DNA of 64,000 nucleotides from an uncultured bacterium. Its GTDB lineage: Bacteria; Acidobacteriota; Thermoanaerobaculia; Multivoradales; JAHZIX01. Where the stretch lies: positions 1 through 64,000 of the forward strand of contig CBDUPA010000008.1 in NCBI GenBank assembly GCA_965368975.1. Direction: 5' to 3'. A model generated the notes under the pieces. It had not been told where the DNA came from. It saw only the letters and a program-made list of their open reading frames with translations, and did not search any database. The position numbers were made by a program, and so were the translations under genes. Of the stretch, positions 18,060 through 29,931 are shown one piece after another; positions within the stretch are counted from its first letter, which is position 1; each line of letters opens with the position of its first letter.

Positions 18060-18259
18060 ATCAACCTCCGTAACTAAGGTGTATCCGCAATCCGGAACCG
18101 GGCACTCCCCGCATTGGAGGCTTGCGCCGGATACAGGCGACCTGCGTACTTAAACACGAACGCTTCTACGTCTGTCAAGGTCTCAGGTGCCTGTGGCGGA
18201 CGATTCGTTATTTCCTCACTTACCTTGATCGTGGACCAGAGTCGAATCAGCAAGGGCCG

Positions 18260-19081
18260 TCAGTGGACCATCACATTCAGCCCGAGCCGCTCACAGGCCG
18301 CCGGCAGTACCTCTTCGGCACGGGCGGAGATCACTTCCAGGCCTCGCATCTGTAGTGTGCTTGACGGGTCGATCGTGACCATCGGCAGCTTCCACAAAAT
18401 GCCAGCTTGCAACACCATCTCCGTCACGCCGACGGAAAACGAAGTTCCGACGAACAGTACCATGTGCATCCGCTCGATTTCGCTGCGCAGACGCTCCCAT
18501 TGGTAGTCGCTGTGTTCGTTGTAGTACTCATCGAACCAGAGGACATGCTGGCGCAGCAGGTCACCGCACTCTGGGCAGCGCGGCAAGGTGTCCAGGCTGG
18601 GCGCGGCTTGGAAGGCGGCAATGTCGAACTGCGAGCGTGGCAGCGAGCCGCCTGGTGCGCCGTGCCGGCAGCCGGTGCGGGCACAACGCACCCTATCGGC
18701 CGTACCGTGGACTTTGATCAGCTCTTGTGAGCCGGCATCCTCGTGGAGCGTGTCGATGTTTTGAGTCACGAGCAAGAACCGACCGCGCTTGCGCTGCCAG
18801 TGCTCGAGTGCGACGAGAGCGTGGTGGGCCGGGTTGGGTTCGGCGTGCAGCACCTTGTCGAAGCGCTCCAGGTACCAACTCCACGAGGTCACGGGATCCT
18901 GACGGAAGAACCGGTAGGTGCCCAACTCCGTCACATCGCGCTTCCAGACCGCTCCAGGATCGCTGCCGCGGAACGTCGGAATGCCGCTGGCCAAGCTGAT
19001 GCCGGCACCGGTGACGACCATCAGCAGGCCGTCTCCGGCGGCTTCGAAAGCCTGGGCCAGGGTATCCGCAGCGTCACTCAT
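18260..19081 (-). CDS. cobB: Sir2-family NAD-dependent protein deacylase (CobB-like)
   Basis: TGAGISLASGIPTFRG, TQNIDTLH, VHG, Zn-binding C..C/CPEC, VGTS. Confidence 0.85.
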   Translation of the reverse strand: MSDAADTLAQAFEAAGDGLLMVVTGAGISLASGIPTFRGSDPGAVWKRDVTELGTYRFFRQDPVTSWSWYLERFDKVLHAEPNPAHHALVALEHWQRKRGRFLLVTQNIDTLHEDAGSQELIKVHGTADRVRCARTGCRHGAPGGSLPRSQFDIAAFQAAPSLDTLPRCPECGDLLRQHVLWFDEYYNEHSDYQWERLRSEIERMHMVLFVGTSFSVGVTEMVLQAGILWKLPMVTIDPSSTLQMRGLEVISARAEEVLPAACERLGLNVMVH

Positions 19082-19119
19082 GACCGGTGGAGAATACCAC
19101 TTTGCGGTAAGCTTTGGCC

Positions 19120-20697
19120 ATGCAAACCCCGGGCCTCGGGGCCGCTTCCGGCCCACCCGTGCTGGATGACCAGGCGGTCTCCTACCTCAAGCTGCTCAAG
19201 ACGCTGCGCAATGCCGGCCAATATAGGGCTGCGGCCAGTTCTACCAGTGGTGCCGGCGGTGCCGCGGAGACGGCGTCTACCGACCTCGGCGTGGTCGAGC
19301 GCATCGCTGCCTGGATCGAGTCGGGACCAGTGCTGCACTACATTTGTCTGACACCCCGCTGGTACGACGATTGGGGCATCAAGGAAGCCCTGGTGCGCAA
19401 CGAGCATACGCCCGAGGCGTACCACGCGGAGCTCGAGAAGCAGATCTCGATCTTCGACTTGATGCGCGAGTTGGACTCGCCGCAGCTGAGCGATCAGGAG
19501 CGGACCGAGATTCGCGAAGACGTGCGGTCCTTGTTCACCGGGTTGGCCGTCCACGACCGCCGTGTCGTCAAGCAGCGGGCGTACTCGCTGTCTTCGTCGC
19601 GCCGTGGACACGTCCCCGAGACCGGTGAGGTCGATACGCGTGAGTTCGCCGCCGCCGAGGTGGCGGAGACCGAACTTGCGCAGCTCGAGTCGCTGGTCGA
19701 GACGGTGTCGCCCGCGGAGGTGCCGCCCGCGGAGGTGTCGCCTGCGGAGGTGCTTGCTGAGCCCGGCGAGGAAGCTCTACCCGAGGTTGAGGCCCTTCCC
19801 GAAGTCGCAAGCCTTCCCGAAGTCACCGCCGAGCCCGTCGATACGCAGGCGGTCGAGGCCGAAGAGGTCGAAGCGGAGCAGCAATCCAAGGCGACCGTGA
19901 CGGATACGGAAGCTGTCGACGCCGAAACGGTCGAGCCCGAGCAGATTCCGAACCTGCCACTGCAGCACAAGGTAGCCCTGGCCGAGCGGACGCAGCGGCC
20001 CGAAGTGCTCGCTGTCCTGGCGCACGAATTCCACGACGCGGTGCAACTGGCCCTGGTGCGCAATGCCGCCCTGACGGAGGATGTCGCCGGTATCCTGGCG
20101 CGTCGCGCGACCACGCGGGTGGCAGCCGAGATCTATCGCAACAAGACACTCTTCCACAAAGCGCGCGTACGCCAGGGGCTGATGAATTGCCCCAATGCTC
20201 CGCCGGTGGCGCAGCTTGAGATCGTCGGCACGATCGGCAGTCTGGAGGGCTTGATCAAGGTGCTCGGTAGCCCCAAGATCAAGGCGCTCGAAGTCAAGTC
20301 CAAGGCGCGCTCACGCCTCACCGAGCGCTTCCGCAGCCTGTCTTTGCAAGAGAAGGTCGCGGCGGTGCGCAAAGGAGGCCGGCTGTTGCTCAAGGAGCTG
20401 TGGGGGGATTTCTTCCGCAATGAAGAGTTGGTGCTCAAGTGCCTGCAAGAGAAGCAGCTCGACGAAGGCACCGTGCTCGAGATCGCCCGCAACAAGATCG
20501 CACCGCGTCGCGCGCTGGAGGCGATCGGCAACAACCCCGCCTGGACCGCTAACTACCAGATCGTGCTGGCGTTGGTGTTCAATCCCAAGACGCCGCGCGG
20601 CGTCGTCACCAAGCTCGTTCGTAAGCTCAATCCGGCGGACCGCCGCCGTGTCAAGAACAACCCGTCCCTGCCGCAGTTCGTGCGGCGTTTGGCCTGA
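19120..20697 (+). CDS. Hypothetical protein with LRV-like helical repeats and acidic Glu/Pro/Ala linker
   Basis: Repeats WYDDWGIKEALVRNEHTP and WTANYQIVLALVFNPKTP; low-complexity PAEV repeats. Confidence 0.7.
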   Translation: MQTPGLGAASGPPVLDDQAVSYLKLLKTLRNAGQYRAAASSTSGAGGAAETASTDLGVVERIAAWIESGPVLHYICLTPRWYDDWGIKEALVRNEHTPEAYHAELEKQISIFDLMRELDSPQLSDQERTEIREDVRSLFTGLAVHDRRVVKQRAYSLSSSRRGHVPETGEVDTREFAAAEVAETELAQLESLVETVSPAEVPPAEVSPAEVLAEPGEEALPEVEALPEVASLPEVTAEPVDTQAVEAEEVEAEQQSKATVTDTEAVDAETVEPEQIPNLPLQHKVALAERTQRPEVLAVLAHEFHDAVQLALVRNAALTEDVAGILARRATTRVAAEIYRNKTLFHKARVRQGLMNCPNAPPVAQLEIVGTIGSLEGLIKVLGSPKIKALEVKSKARSRLTERFRSLSLQEKVAAVRKGGRLLLKELWGDFFRNEELVLKCLQEKQLDEGTVLEIARNKIAPRRALEAIGNNPAWTANYQIVLALVFNPKTPRGVVTKLVRKLNPADRRRVKNNPSLPQFVRRLA

Positions 20698-20712
20698 GGA
20701 GGAGTCTTCCCC

Positions 20713-22887
<2,175 letters not shown>

Positions 22888-22895
22888 CTTTCTGA

Positions 22896-22924
22896 GTAGG
22901 GGGCGGCCCCATGGGCCGCCCTCC
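22896..22924 (+). repeat. GTAG-family REP-like palindrome
   Basis: gtag-ggggcggcccc-at-gggccgccc just after a stop codon. Confidence 0.7.
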
Positions 22925-22936
22925 GGTTCCGGTTGT

Positions 22937-24577
22937 CTACCGAATCCCCGGACGCCAACCGGTGGGTGGCTTGAAATACACCACCAACCGGGCGATCCGG
23001 CGTCCGGAGTTGCCGCCGTTCTGGAAGGCTGCGACGATGGCGGTGCCGTCGCCGGAGCGGATCAGGCGCGGGTGTTCGGGCCAGGTGGCCCCGCCGATGG
23101 GGCACTCTTCGCCGGCGTTGCAGCCGGCGCTGCCGTTACCGTCTTCGGCCTCGTAACGGTAACCGGTGTAGCGTGCGCCCTTGGGTAGCAGCAGGACTAA
23201 CAGCTGGCAGCGGCTCTCTTCGCGCACGTAGGGCACCAGTGCTTCGAGAACCTGACCGCGCGCGGTCGCGTCGCCGATCGGGCGGAAGCGGCCGCTGTCG
23301 GGCTCGAGCAGGGGGCCAGCATAGCGCTCGAGCTGGTTGTCGGATTCGAGGAGTGCTCGTAAGGATGCGTCGAGACCCTCGACGGCAGCGGTGCAGGCAC
23401 GGCCAGGACCTGGGCCGGTGCCGGTGAGTTGCTCGGTAGCCAGGGACCACTCACCTTCCTGGCATCCGGGGCAGCCGACCTGGACGAACCAGCGCAGCTC
23501 GGGCCGAGTGAGGGGCACTGAGGGGATCTCGCGCGGTGGCGGTGCCGGAGCTGTTGGCTCTGCGACGGGGGGTGCGGCGATCGGGACCGGGGTTGGCGTG
23601 GGTGTTGCCGCGGGCGGAGGGGGGTCCTGGGGTTGGGGTGCTGGTGCCAGCGTCACGGGCTCTGGTCGGTCACGCTCGGGTGGTGCAGGCTGCGTTGGCT
23701 TCGATTGCGGAGGCGTCGCCTCTGGCGGCGCGGGCGTCGGTGGCACGGGCGTCGGTGGCACGGGCGTCGGTGGTGCGGGCTCCGGCCGAGGACTCGGCGA
23801 TGTTGGAGGCATCTCCGGAGTGGCTGGCGCTGTGACGGGCGGGACTGCTTGCGGTGGCGTCTCGGGCGCGGCCTCTGCTGGGGATTCTACTGCCGGGGGT
23901 TCAACTGCCGGGGTTGGTGGTTCGGGAGTCACCGGTGGTTCTGTCGGCACGCGTGGTCGTGGTGGCGCCGGGGTGACGGCCTCGATGGGGGGACGCTCGT
24001 CCAGCTCGCGGCGCGCGCGGGCTTCGGCTTCCTGTTGACGCTCCAGTGCACGGCGCTCGGAGCGCGATAGGCGTTCTTCTCTTGGGGGCCGTTCTGCCAA
24101 TTCACGGCCGCTCGGCTGCACGCCCGGGATGGGACCGTCGGGGTTCTTCAGGCGGCCAAACTCGACGCGCAGGGGCGGTGCGGAGGCGTCACGAATGGGG
24201 CCGGCGGTCAGTTCGGGACGGCGCCGTTCGTCGAGACGCACGATCGCCAGGTAGCGCGAATAGCCAGCGGCCTCGATTTCGATGCGCCAGCGGCCAGGGG
24301 CCAGGAAGAAGAGCTGTACTCTGCCGTCGGCGTCAGTTTCCAGGGCTGCTGGCCCCAGTGGTGGATCGACCTCGACGTACTGCAGGGTCAGCGTCGCGCC
24401 GGGGAGCGGATCCTTGTCTGGCGTTTCGACCTCGATCTCGACCGCCGCGCCGCCTTGCCAGGGCTGGCCCTGGGCGTGGATGTCTTGTGGCCAGACCAGT
24501 CCGAGTAGGATCAGAGTTGCTAGTACCAGTCCGGTCGGAGCCGAGGCCGGCACCGCTGTCGCATCGAGCTTGCGCAT
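22937..24577 (-). CDS. Secreted protein with carboxypeptidase-regulatory-like domain, long Pro-rich linker and Cys-containing C-terminal domain
   Basis: PLPGATLTL...TDADG...LAPGRWRIEIEAAGY; PPTPV repeats; GGAGG RBS before ATG 24577. Confidence 0.7.
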   Translation of the reverse strand: MRKLDATAVPASAPTGLVLATLILLGLVWPQDIHAQGQPWQGGAAVEIEVETPDKDPLPGATLTLQYVEVDPPLGPAALETDADGRVQLFFLAPGRWRIEIEAAGYSRYLAIVRLDERRRPELTAGPIRDASAPPLRVEFGRLKNPDGPIPGVQPSGRELAERPPREERLSRSERRALERQQEAEARARRELDERPPIEAVTPAPPRPRVPTEPPVTPEPPTPAVEPPAVESPAEAAPETPPQAVPPVTAPATPEMPPTSPSPRPEPAPPTPVPPTPVPPTPAPPEATPPQSKPTQPAPPERDRPEPVTLAPAPQPQDPPPPAATPTPTPVPIAAPPVAEPTAPAPPPREIPSVPLTRPELRWFVQVGCPGCQEGEWSLATEQLTGTGPGPGRACTAAVEGLDASLRALLESDNQLERYAGPLLEPDSGRFRPIGDATARGQVLEALVPYVREESRCQLLVLLLPKGARYTGYRYEAEDGNGSAGCNAGEECPIGGATWPEHPRLIRSGDGTAIVAAFQNGGNSGRRIARLVVYFKPPTGWRPGIR

Positions 24578-24666
24578 CGCTTCCTCCATGGGTTGCGTCT
24601 TCCTGAGTCGATCGGTCGAGCTTCGCGCGCAGTTTACCACCGGACGCGCTGCCGAGCCGGCGCCTG

Positions 24667-25800
24667 TCAAGGTCCCGGAGGACCCTCCAACTCATTCAGC
24701 AGTCGCAGGTAGGTGGCGAAGCGGTCGGCGGAGAGCTGACCTTCTTCGACGGCTTCGCGCACGGCACAGTCGGGTTCTCGGAGATGGCGGCAATTGCTGA
24801 AGCGGCAACCGGCGGCGATGTCGAGAAATTCCGGGAAGCCCTCGCACAACTCGTCGAAGGTCAGCTCCCACAGGCCGAGTTCGCGCACGCCGGGCGTGTC
24901 GATGACGCGCGTACCGTGGCCGATCGAGTAGAGGGTCGAGCGCGTGGTGGTGTGGCGGCCGGTGCCGTCGCTGGCACGTACGTCGCTGGTGCGCAGGTCG
25001 AGGTCCGGGCGCAGTGCATTGAGCAACGACGATTTGCCGACACCGCTGTGGCCGACGAAAGCGCACAGCTTGCCCGCCAGAGCTCGCCGAAGGTCGTCCA
25101 AGCCGTGCTCGGCCTTGGCCGACGCGGAAATCACCGGCAGACCGAGGCGGCGGTAGAGATCTACGGCTTGCGGCAGCTGGGTCGGCTCGTCGAGCAGGTC
25201 GACCTTGTTGAGGCACAGCAATGGTGCCGCGCCGCCGCGCTCGACGGCGATCAAGTAGCGGTCGATGAGTCCCGGTGTGAAGTCCGGTCGCCGGGCCGCT
25301 GCGACGATCACCACCACGTCGACATTGGCCACCAGTACCTTGCGCTGGTTGGGGTTGCGCGGGTCGGGGCGGTCGAGGACCGTCTTGCGCGGCAGCACGC
25401 CGGTGACCCAGATGTCGTCCCCTTCTTTGAGCAGTGCCACCCGATCTCCGACCGCCAGCGCCGCCTTCTGGCGTGCCGCCAGGGCCGCGGTGAGGCGGCA
25501 GCTCAACGTTTCGATGTCTTGACGCGTGTCGGCCTCGTCGGGGTCAGCCCCTTCGGGTGCCACCTCGCAGAAGCGCCGGCTGAAGGTGATCACGCGGCCG
25601 AGGTCGAGGCCGCGGGCGCGTGCTTCGTCGGCGGTGACGGTGACAGTGTCAGTATCCGTCGCCGCGCCATGGTGGGCGCGTCGCTGGCGCGTGTGCTTGG
25701 CACTGGCGGTGCGCAACAGCGGGATCTCCTCGGCCTCCTGCTGCCAGTTCGCCGGGTCGATGCGCTTGTCGAATCGCGGTTGCCGCCGCTTGCCTTTCAT
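24667..25800 (-). CDS. rsgA: Ribosome small subunit-dependent GTPase A
   Basis: NKVDL, GHSGVGKSS, GRHTTT, DTPG, CRFSNCRHLREPDC. Confidence 0.95.
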   Translation of the reverse strand: MKGKRRQPRFDKRIDPANWQQEAEEIPLLRTASAKHTRQRRAHHGAATDTDTVTVTADEARARGLDLGRVITFSRRFCEVAPEGADPDEADTRQDIETLSCRLTAALAARQKAALAVGDRVALLKEGDDIWVTGVLPRKTVLDRPDPRNPNQRKVLVANVDVVVIVAAARRPDFTPGLIDRYLIAVERGGAAPLLCLNKVDLLDEPTQLPQAVDLYRRLGLPVISASAKAEHGLDDLRRALAGKLCAFVGHSGVGKSSLLNALRPDLDLRTSDVRASDGTGRHTTTRSTLYSIGHGTRVIDTPGVRELGLWELTFDELCEGFPEFLDIAAGCRFSNCRHLREPDCAVREAVEEGQLSADRFATYLRLLNELEGPPGP

Positions 25801-25868
25801 CGCTGCAGAGGCTAGCAGAGATAGAGACCGGGCTGAGAGTTCTTTCTTCGTCGTGCTAAAGTGCCGCC

Positions 25869-26711
25869 ATGTCCGAAGGGCCCATCCCGGAAGAACTGGA
25901 TACGGGTAACCGTAGTACTGGCAACACCAAGGTGCTGCGCAGGCAGCAGTCCCGCTGGCCCTGGGTGGTTGCCGTAACGATCATCGTGCTGGCACTGATC
26001 GCCGCCAGCGTGTTTCTCTATATCTTCCAGAGCCTGCGTGACGCCCCGGGCGACGCACTGCGCGGTGGTCAGGAAATCGCCGGTAAGGCGCTGGCGGGCA
26101 TGATCGAACTCGCGGAGGCGTTCCGCCGCGGCACCGTCGAGACGTCGTTTCGCGGCTACAGCCGCGAGGCGAAGGGTACCAGTCGACTGCAGTTTGCCCA
26201 GGTGACCGAGGACGTGCGCTTCGAGCGGCGGGACCAGGCGGCCCTGTTCTGGGGCTATGTCGATCTGCCGCAAGTGATCGTGGCGGCGCAGGCACCGGTG
26301 GAGTACACCTTCTACGTCGATCTGGATGGCCCCTGGGAGTTTCGTCGTCAGGATGACGTGCTCACTGTCACCGCACCACCGATCGCCTTCAACAGGCCGG
26401 CGGTGGACGTCTCGGCGCTACAGATGGAAGTGGTGTCGGGCAGCCTGATCCGCGACGAAGCCGCCGCTCTGGAGCGGCTGCGCAAGGGCATCACCTGGAT
26501 GGCTCTACGTCGTGCCCACGGCCACAAACGCGATGTGCGCGAGGAGGCCCGGCAACAGATCGAGCGTTTCGTACGCACCTGGCTCGAGGGGAGCTTCGTC
26601 GACGCGGGCAACTATCGTGTCGAGGTGCGCTTCCAGGACGAGCTGGACAGCAAGGGTATTCCGACCCTGACAGCGCCGCCGGAAGAATCCCGTCCTGTGC
26701 CAGCTAACTGA
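25869..26711 (+). CDS. Membrane-anchored hypothetical protein (DUF4230-like)
   Basis: N-terminal TM; YTFYVDL...LTVTAPP pattern; helical C-terminus. Confidence 0.6.
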   Translation: MSEGPIPEELDTGNRSTGNTKVLRRQQSRWPWVVAVTIIVLALIAASVFLYIFQSLRDAPGDALRGGQEIAGKALAGMIELAEAFRRGTVETSFRGYSREAKGTSRLQFAQVTEDVRFERRDQAALFWGYVDLPQVIVAAQAPVEYTFYVDLDGPWEFRRQDDVLTVTAPPIAFNRPAVDVSALQMEVVSGSLIRDEAAALERLRKGITWMALRRAHGHKRDVREEARQQIERFVRTWLEGSFVDAGNYRVEVRFQDELDSKGIPTLTAPPEESRPVPAN

Positions 26712-27144
26712 CGAGCCGGAGGACTTTTTCGCGACGCTCTGACCACGCCTGCGTCGACAGAATGCGCGGTGCGACTTCAATCAGGCGCGGCAGCATCTCG
26801 AAGACAGTCACCTGCGTCCAGTTGCTGGCGTCGCGCGGTGGCAGGCCGCGCTGGTCGAGTTCAGTGGCGACCTCGGAGAGTTTCTTGTCGGCCACGATGC
26901 ACTCCAGCATGACGGTCAAGGCCTCGATCTCCTGCGGATTCTCGATCAGGTGCTGGCAGTCGGCAGAGACCTGCAGGCCATAGGGCACCGCTTCTCTCAG
27001 GCGCCCCGCCTCGGGGTCTGCCGAGTCGCTCGGCCGTCGCCACTCGACGGCGACCGGCTGCCAGCCCTTGGCCAGCCGTTCTTGCCAGAATTCGGCGCTC
27101 GGCACAGCGTCGATGGTTTCGCGGAACAGGTCATGATCGGCCAT
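26704..27144 (-). CDS. Stand-alone recombinase DNA-binding-domain-like protein
   Basis: PYG...L.ENPQE...SEVATELDQRG...W....V pattern of the serine-recombinase 'Recombinase' domain; no catalytic domain. Confidence 0.6.
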   Translation of the reverse strand: MADHDLFRETIDAVPSAEFWQERLAKGWQPVAVEWRRPSDSADPEAGRLREAVPYGLQVSADCQHLIENPQEIEALTVMLECIVADKKLSEVATELDQRGLPPRDASNWTQVTVFEMLPRLIEVAPRILSTQAWSERREKVLRLVS

Positions 27145-27204
27145 CTTCGAGCCCTCCAGTTGTAGATCCTCAGCAGAGTGTACGCTGCCGCGGTCCGCAG
27201 AGTT

Positions 27205-28503
27205 TCAGCTGACCAGTCCTTGGCGCCAGGCGGCCCAGCCGAGGGTTGCCGAGCGACTGGCCATCCACAGGGTCAGGGCGGCCCACAGCAGGTGGTTGTC
27301 GCCGCGAGCCAGAGCCAGTGTGGCGAGCGGCACGAAGCCCACGAGCGTGGCAACAATCATGGCGTTGCGCAGCAAGCGGCCAGACGTCAGGCCCAGGAAG
27401 AGGCCGTCGAAGAGGAAGGCGGGAGCCCCCAGCAGCAGCACAGGGAACAGCCACCAGCCGTAGTGCCGGCAGAGTAGGAGGATGGACTCGTGGGACGTGA
27501 GCAGATGAAAAATCGGGTTTGGGAAGAGCAGCAGCAAGAGCAAGAAGCTGGCGCCCAAGCCCTGTGCCGTCACCAGGCCGAGTCGCACCAATCGGCGCAG
27601 GCGGGGGCGGTCGCCGGCACCGAAGAAGATACCGGCGAGGCTCTCGACGGCGAAGGCGGCGCCATCAATGAAGTAGGCGGCGAAGACCAGCAAGCGCTGC
27701 AGAATGGTGTTGGTCACCAGTTCGTCCTCGCCCAGACGTCCGGAAAGCGCGGTGAAGAGGGCGAAGGTCAGGGTCAGGCAGAGAGTGCGCAGCAGGATGT
27801 CGCGATTGAGGCGCATCAGAGCGGTCAATTGCTCGCGATCCAGCAGGCGCGCCCATTGCCACGATACCGGTGATCCCTGACGCAAGAACAGCACCACCGC
27901 CACCAGAGTCATGAGGATCTGGCTCAGGGTGGTCGCCAGGCCGGCACCGTAGGCGGCCCAGCCGAGGTGGACGATGAACAGGTAGTTGAGCCCTACGTTG
28001 CCGAGGTTGGCGACCAGCGTCATGACCAGGGCACAGCCGCTCTGCTCCCGACCGAGAAACCAGCCCAGGAAGGCGAAATTGACCAGCACCGCTGGTGCAC
28101 TCCAGATGCGGGTACCGAAGTAGTCGGAGGCTGGGCCGAGCAGCTCCTGTGGGACCGCCAGCAGAGCGAAGGCGGCGCGCCGGATCGGCTCCTGCAGGGT
28201 GACCACCGTTGTGGCGAGCAAGACACCGAGGATCAGTGCGCGGTAGAGCCCGCGGTACTCACTGCCGCGATCCTCGCGGCCTCGGCTCTGAGCGGTGGTG
28301 CCGGTGGTCGCCATGCGCAGAAAGTTGAGCGACCAAAAGAGAAAGTCGAAGACCACCGAGGCGAGCGCGACACCGGCCAGGAAGCGCAGATCCGGCAGAT
28401 GCCCGAGCATGCCGGTGTCGACCAGACCGACCAGTGGGATGGTCAGGTTGGCCAGGATGTTGAGCACCGTCAGCCGGACGAACCGGCGGTGCAGATCGTC
28501 CAC
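27205..28503 (-). CDS. dinF: MATE family efflux transporter (DinF-like)
   Basis: NILANLTIPLVGLVDTGMLGHL, FLRMATTGTTAQ, DILLRTL; GTG start inferred. Confidence 0.88.
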   Translation of the reverse strand: MDDLHRRFVRLTVLNILANLTIPLVGLVDTGMLGHLPDLRFLAGVALASVVFDFLFWSLNFLRMATTGTTAQSRGREDRGSEYRGLYRALILGVLLATTVVTLQEPIRRAAFALLAVPQELLGPASDYFGTRIWSAPAVLVNFAFLGWFLGREQSGCALVMTLVANLGNVGLNYLFIVHLGWAAYGAGLATTLSQILMTLVAVVLFLRQGSPVSWQWARLLDREQLTALMRLNRDILLRTLCLTLTFALFTALSGRLGEDELVTNTILQRLLVFAAYFIDGAAFAVESLAGIFFGAGDRPRLRRLVRLGLVTAQGLGASFLLLLLLFPNPIFHLLTSHESILLLCRHYGWWLFPVLLLGAPAFLFDGLFLGLTSGRLLRNAMIVATLVGFVPLATLALARGDNHLLWAALTLWMASRSATLGWAAWRQGLVS

Positions 28504-28508
28504 CGCCG

Positions 28509-29663
28509 TTAGCTCTCGGGCATCTCGTAGTGCGGAGCGGTGGTGGGGCCGGCCGCCTCGCCGGTCAGCGCGCCGACGATGCGGTTGACGTGCACGTGGC
28601 AGGTCTCGATGAAGGCGGTGACCGGACTCAGCTGAGTGCCGGCGCTCGCTGTGCCGGCGACGAAGACACCCGGCACGCTGGTCTCCATCGTTGCCTCGTC
28701 GCATACTGGCTGGCGACTGGGGCCCCGCAGTTCGACGCCGAGGCGCGTGAACAGCTCGGGATCCTGCTCGTAGCCCGTGAGCAGCAGCACGAAATCAGCG
28801 GCCACGTCCGTGGTCGACGATGATGTTGTCGAGGATTCGGTGTCCCCGTCGCTGCTCAGGTTGTCGAGTACGACGCGGTCGGGCAGGATTTCGCGCGGCT
28901 GCGTCGACGGTAGGAAGTCGACCAGGCCGTCACGGACGAGGGCCCGGATCTCGGGCAGTAGCCAGTACTTGACGCGCGGGTTGAAGTCTTCGCGGCGGTA
29001 GCTGATGGTGACCTGGGCGCCGGCCCGCGCGCAGCGGATGGCAGCTTCGACGGCCGAGTTCTTACCGCCGACCACCAGCACGCGGCTGCCGAAGTAGTGG
29101 TGCGGGTCGGCGAAATAGTGGCTGACGTGCGGCAGGTCTTCGCCCGGGATCTCCAGCCACCGTGGTCGGTGCATGTCTCCGATCGCCAGCACCAGCTTGC
29201 CGACTCGATAGTGGTGCTTGCTGCCGGTGCCGGCCGGCCGTAAGCCGTGGACGGGAGTGTGGTTGTGGCCGCGACGCGTGGTGAGCAGGAAGCCGGGGCT
29301 GTCGTCGGTCTTGGTGCCGTCGAGCGGGCGAGCGTCCACCACGCGCTCGAAGGTGTGGATCCGCAGGTCGAACTGTTGGACCACCGCGCGCAAGTAGGTC
29401 AGGTATTCCTCGCGCGTTGCCTTGGTCTGGTCGAGCGTCTGCAGCGGTACACCGCAGATCGCGATGCGCTCGGGCGAGGAAAAAAAATGTGTGCGCGGCG
29501 GGTACCAGTCGATGGTGGCGCCGACCGCGCCGGCGTCGAAGTGCACCACCGAGATGTTCCGCTGGCGCAGGGCGGCGGCTAGTTCGATGCCGATCGGCCC
29601 GGCTCCGACGATCGCAACGTCGGTTTGGGCGCGGTCGGCGGCGGAGTTCCGATCTCGTTTCAT
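28509..29663 (-). CDS. YpdA-like FAD-dependent oxidoreductase (putative bacillithiol disulfide reductase)
   Basis: GAGPIG, FFSSPERIAI, TREEYLTY, IPGEDLPHVSHYF, GGKNSAVEAA, FIETCHVH; no CxxC. Confidence 0.8.
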   Translation of the reverse strand: MKRDRNSAADRAQTDVAIVGAGPIGIELAAALRQRNISVVHFDAGAVGATIDWYPPRTHFFSSPERIAICGVPLQTLDQTKATREEYLTYLRAVVQQFDLRIHTFERVVDARPLDGTKTDDSPGFLLTTRRGHNHTPVHGLRPAGTGSKHHYRVGKLVLAIGDMHRPRWLEIPGEDLPHVSHYFADPHHYFGSRVLVVGGKNSAVEAAIRCARAGAQVTISYRREDFNPRVKYWLLPEIRALVRDGLVDFLPSTQPREILPDRVVLDNLSSDGDTESSTTSSSTTDVAADFVLLLTGYEQDPELFTRLGVELRGPSRQPVCDEATMETSVPGVFVAGTASAGTQLSPVTAFIETCHVHVNRIVGALTGEAAGPTTAPHYEMPES

Positions 29664-29931
29664 GGCGGCGCAGCTTACCACCCGGTCGATCGACGATACC
29701 TTCTCGCGTACGAAGTTTCCTGCATCGAGCACGCAAGGGGCGACATCTTGCTCTATAATCAGTGGGCTCTGAGAAACGAGGTCTCGACCATGCCTCCATG
29801 AGGGGCAACGGCCGTGAATTGAAGTCGGGTTCATATTGTTGTCTCTCAATTGGTAGCGAGCCGCACCTTATTTGGTGAAGGAACTATTCACCGCGAAACA
29901 ACCAAGCCTGAGTTCGGGTGGAAACGATTGC

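Noticed and set aside
18260-19081. Sir2 as an anti-phage defence effector
   Set aside because: It has the Zn-binding module and motifs of housekeeping CobB-type deacylases; no Argonaute, HerA or Thoeris partner nearby
26704-27144. Prophage or integrative element boundary
   Set aside because: No catalytic integrase, att-like repeats, phage genes or obvious composition shift
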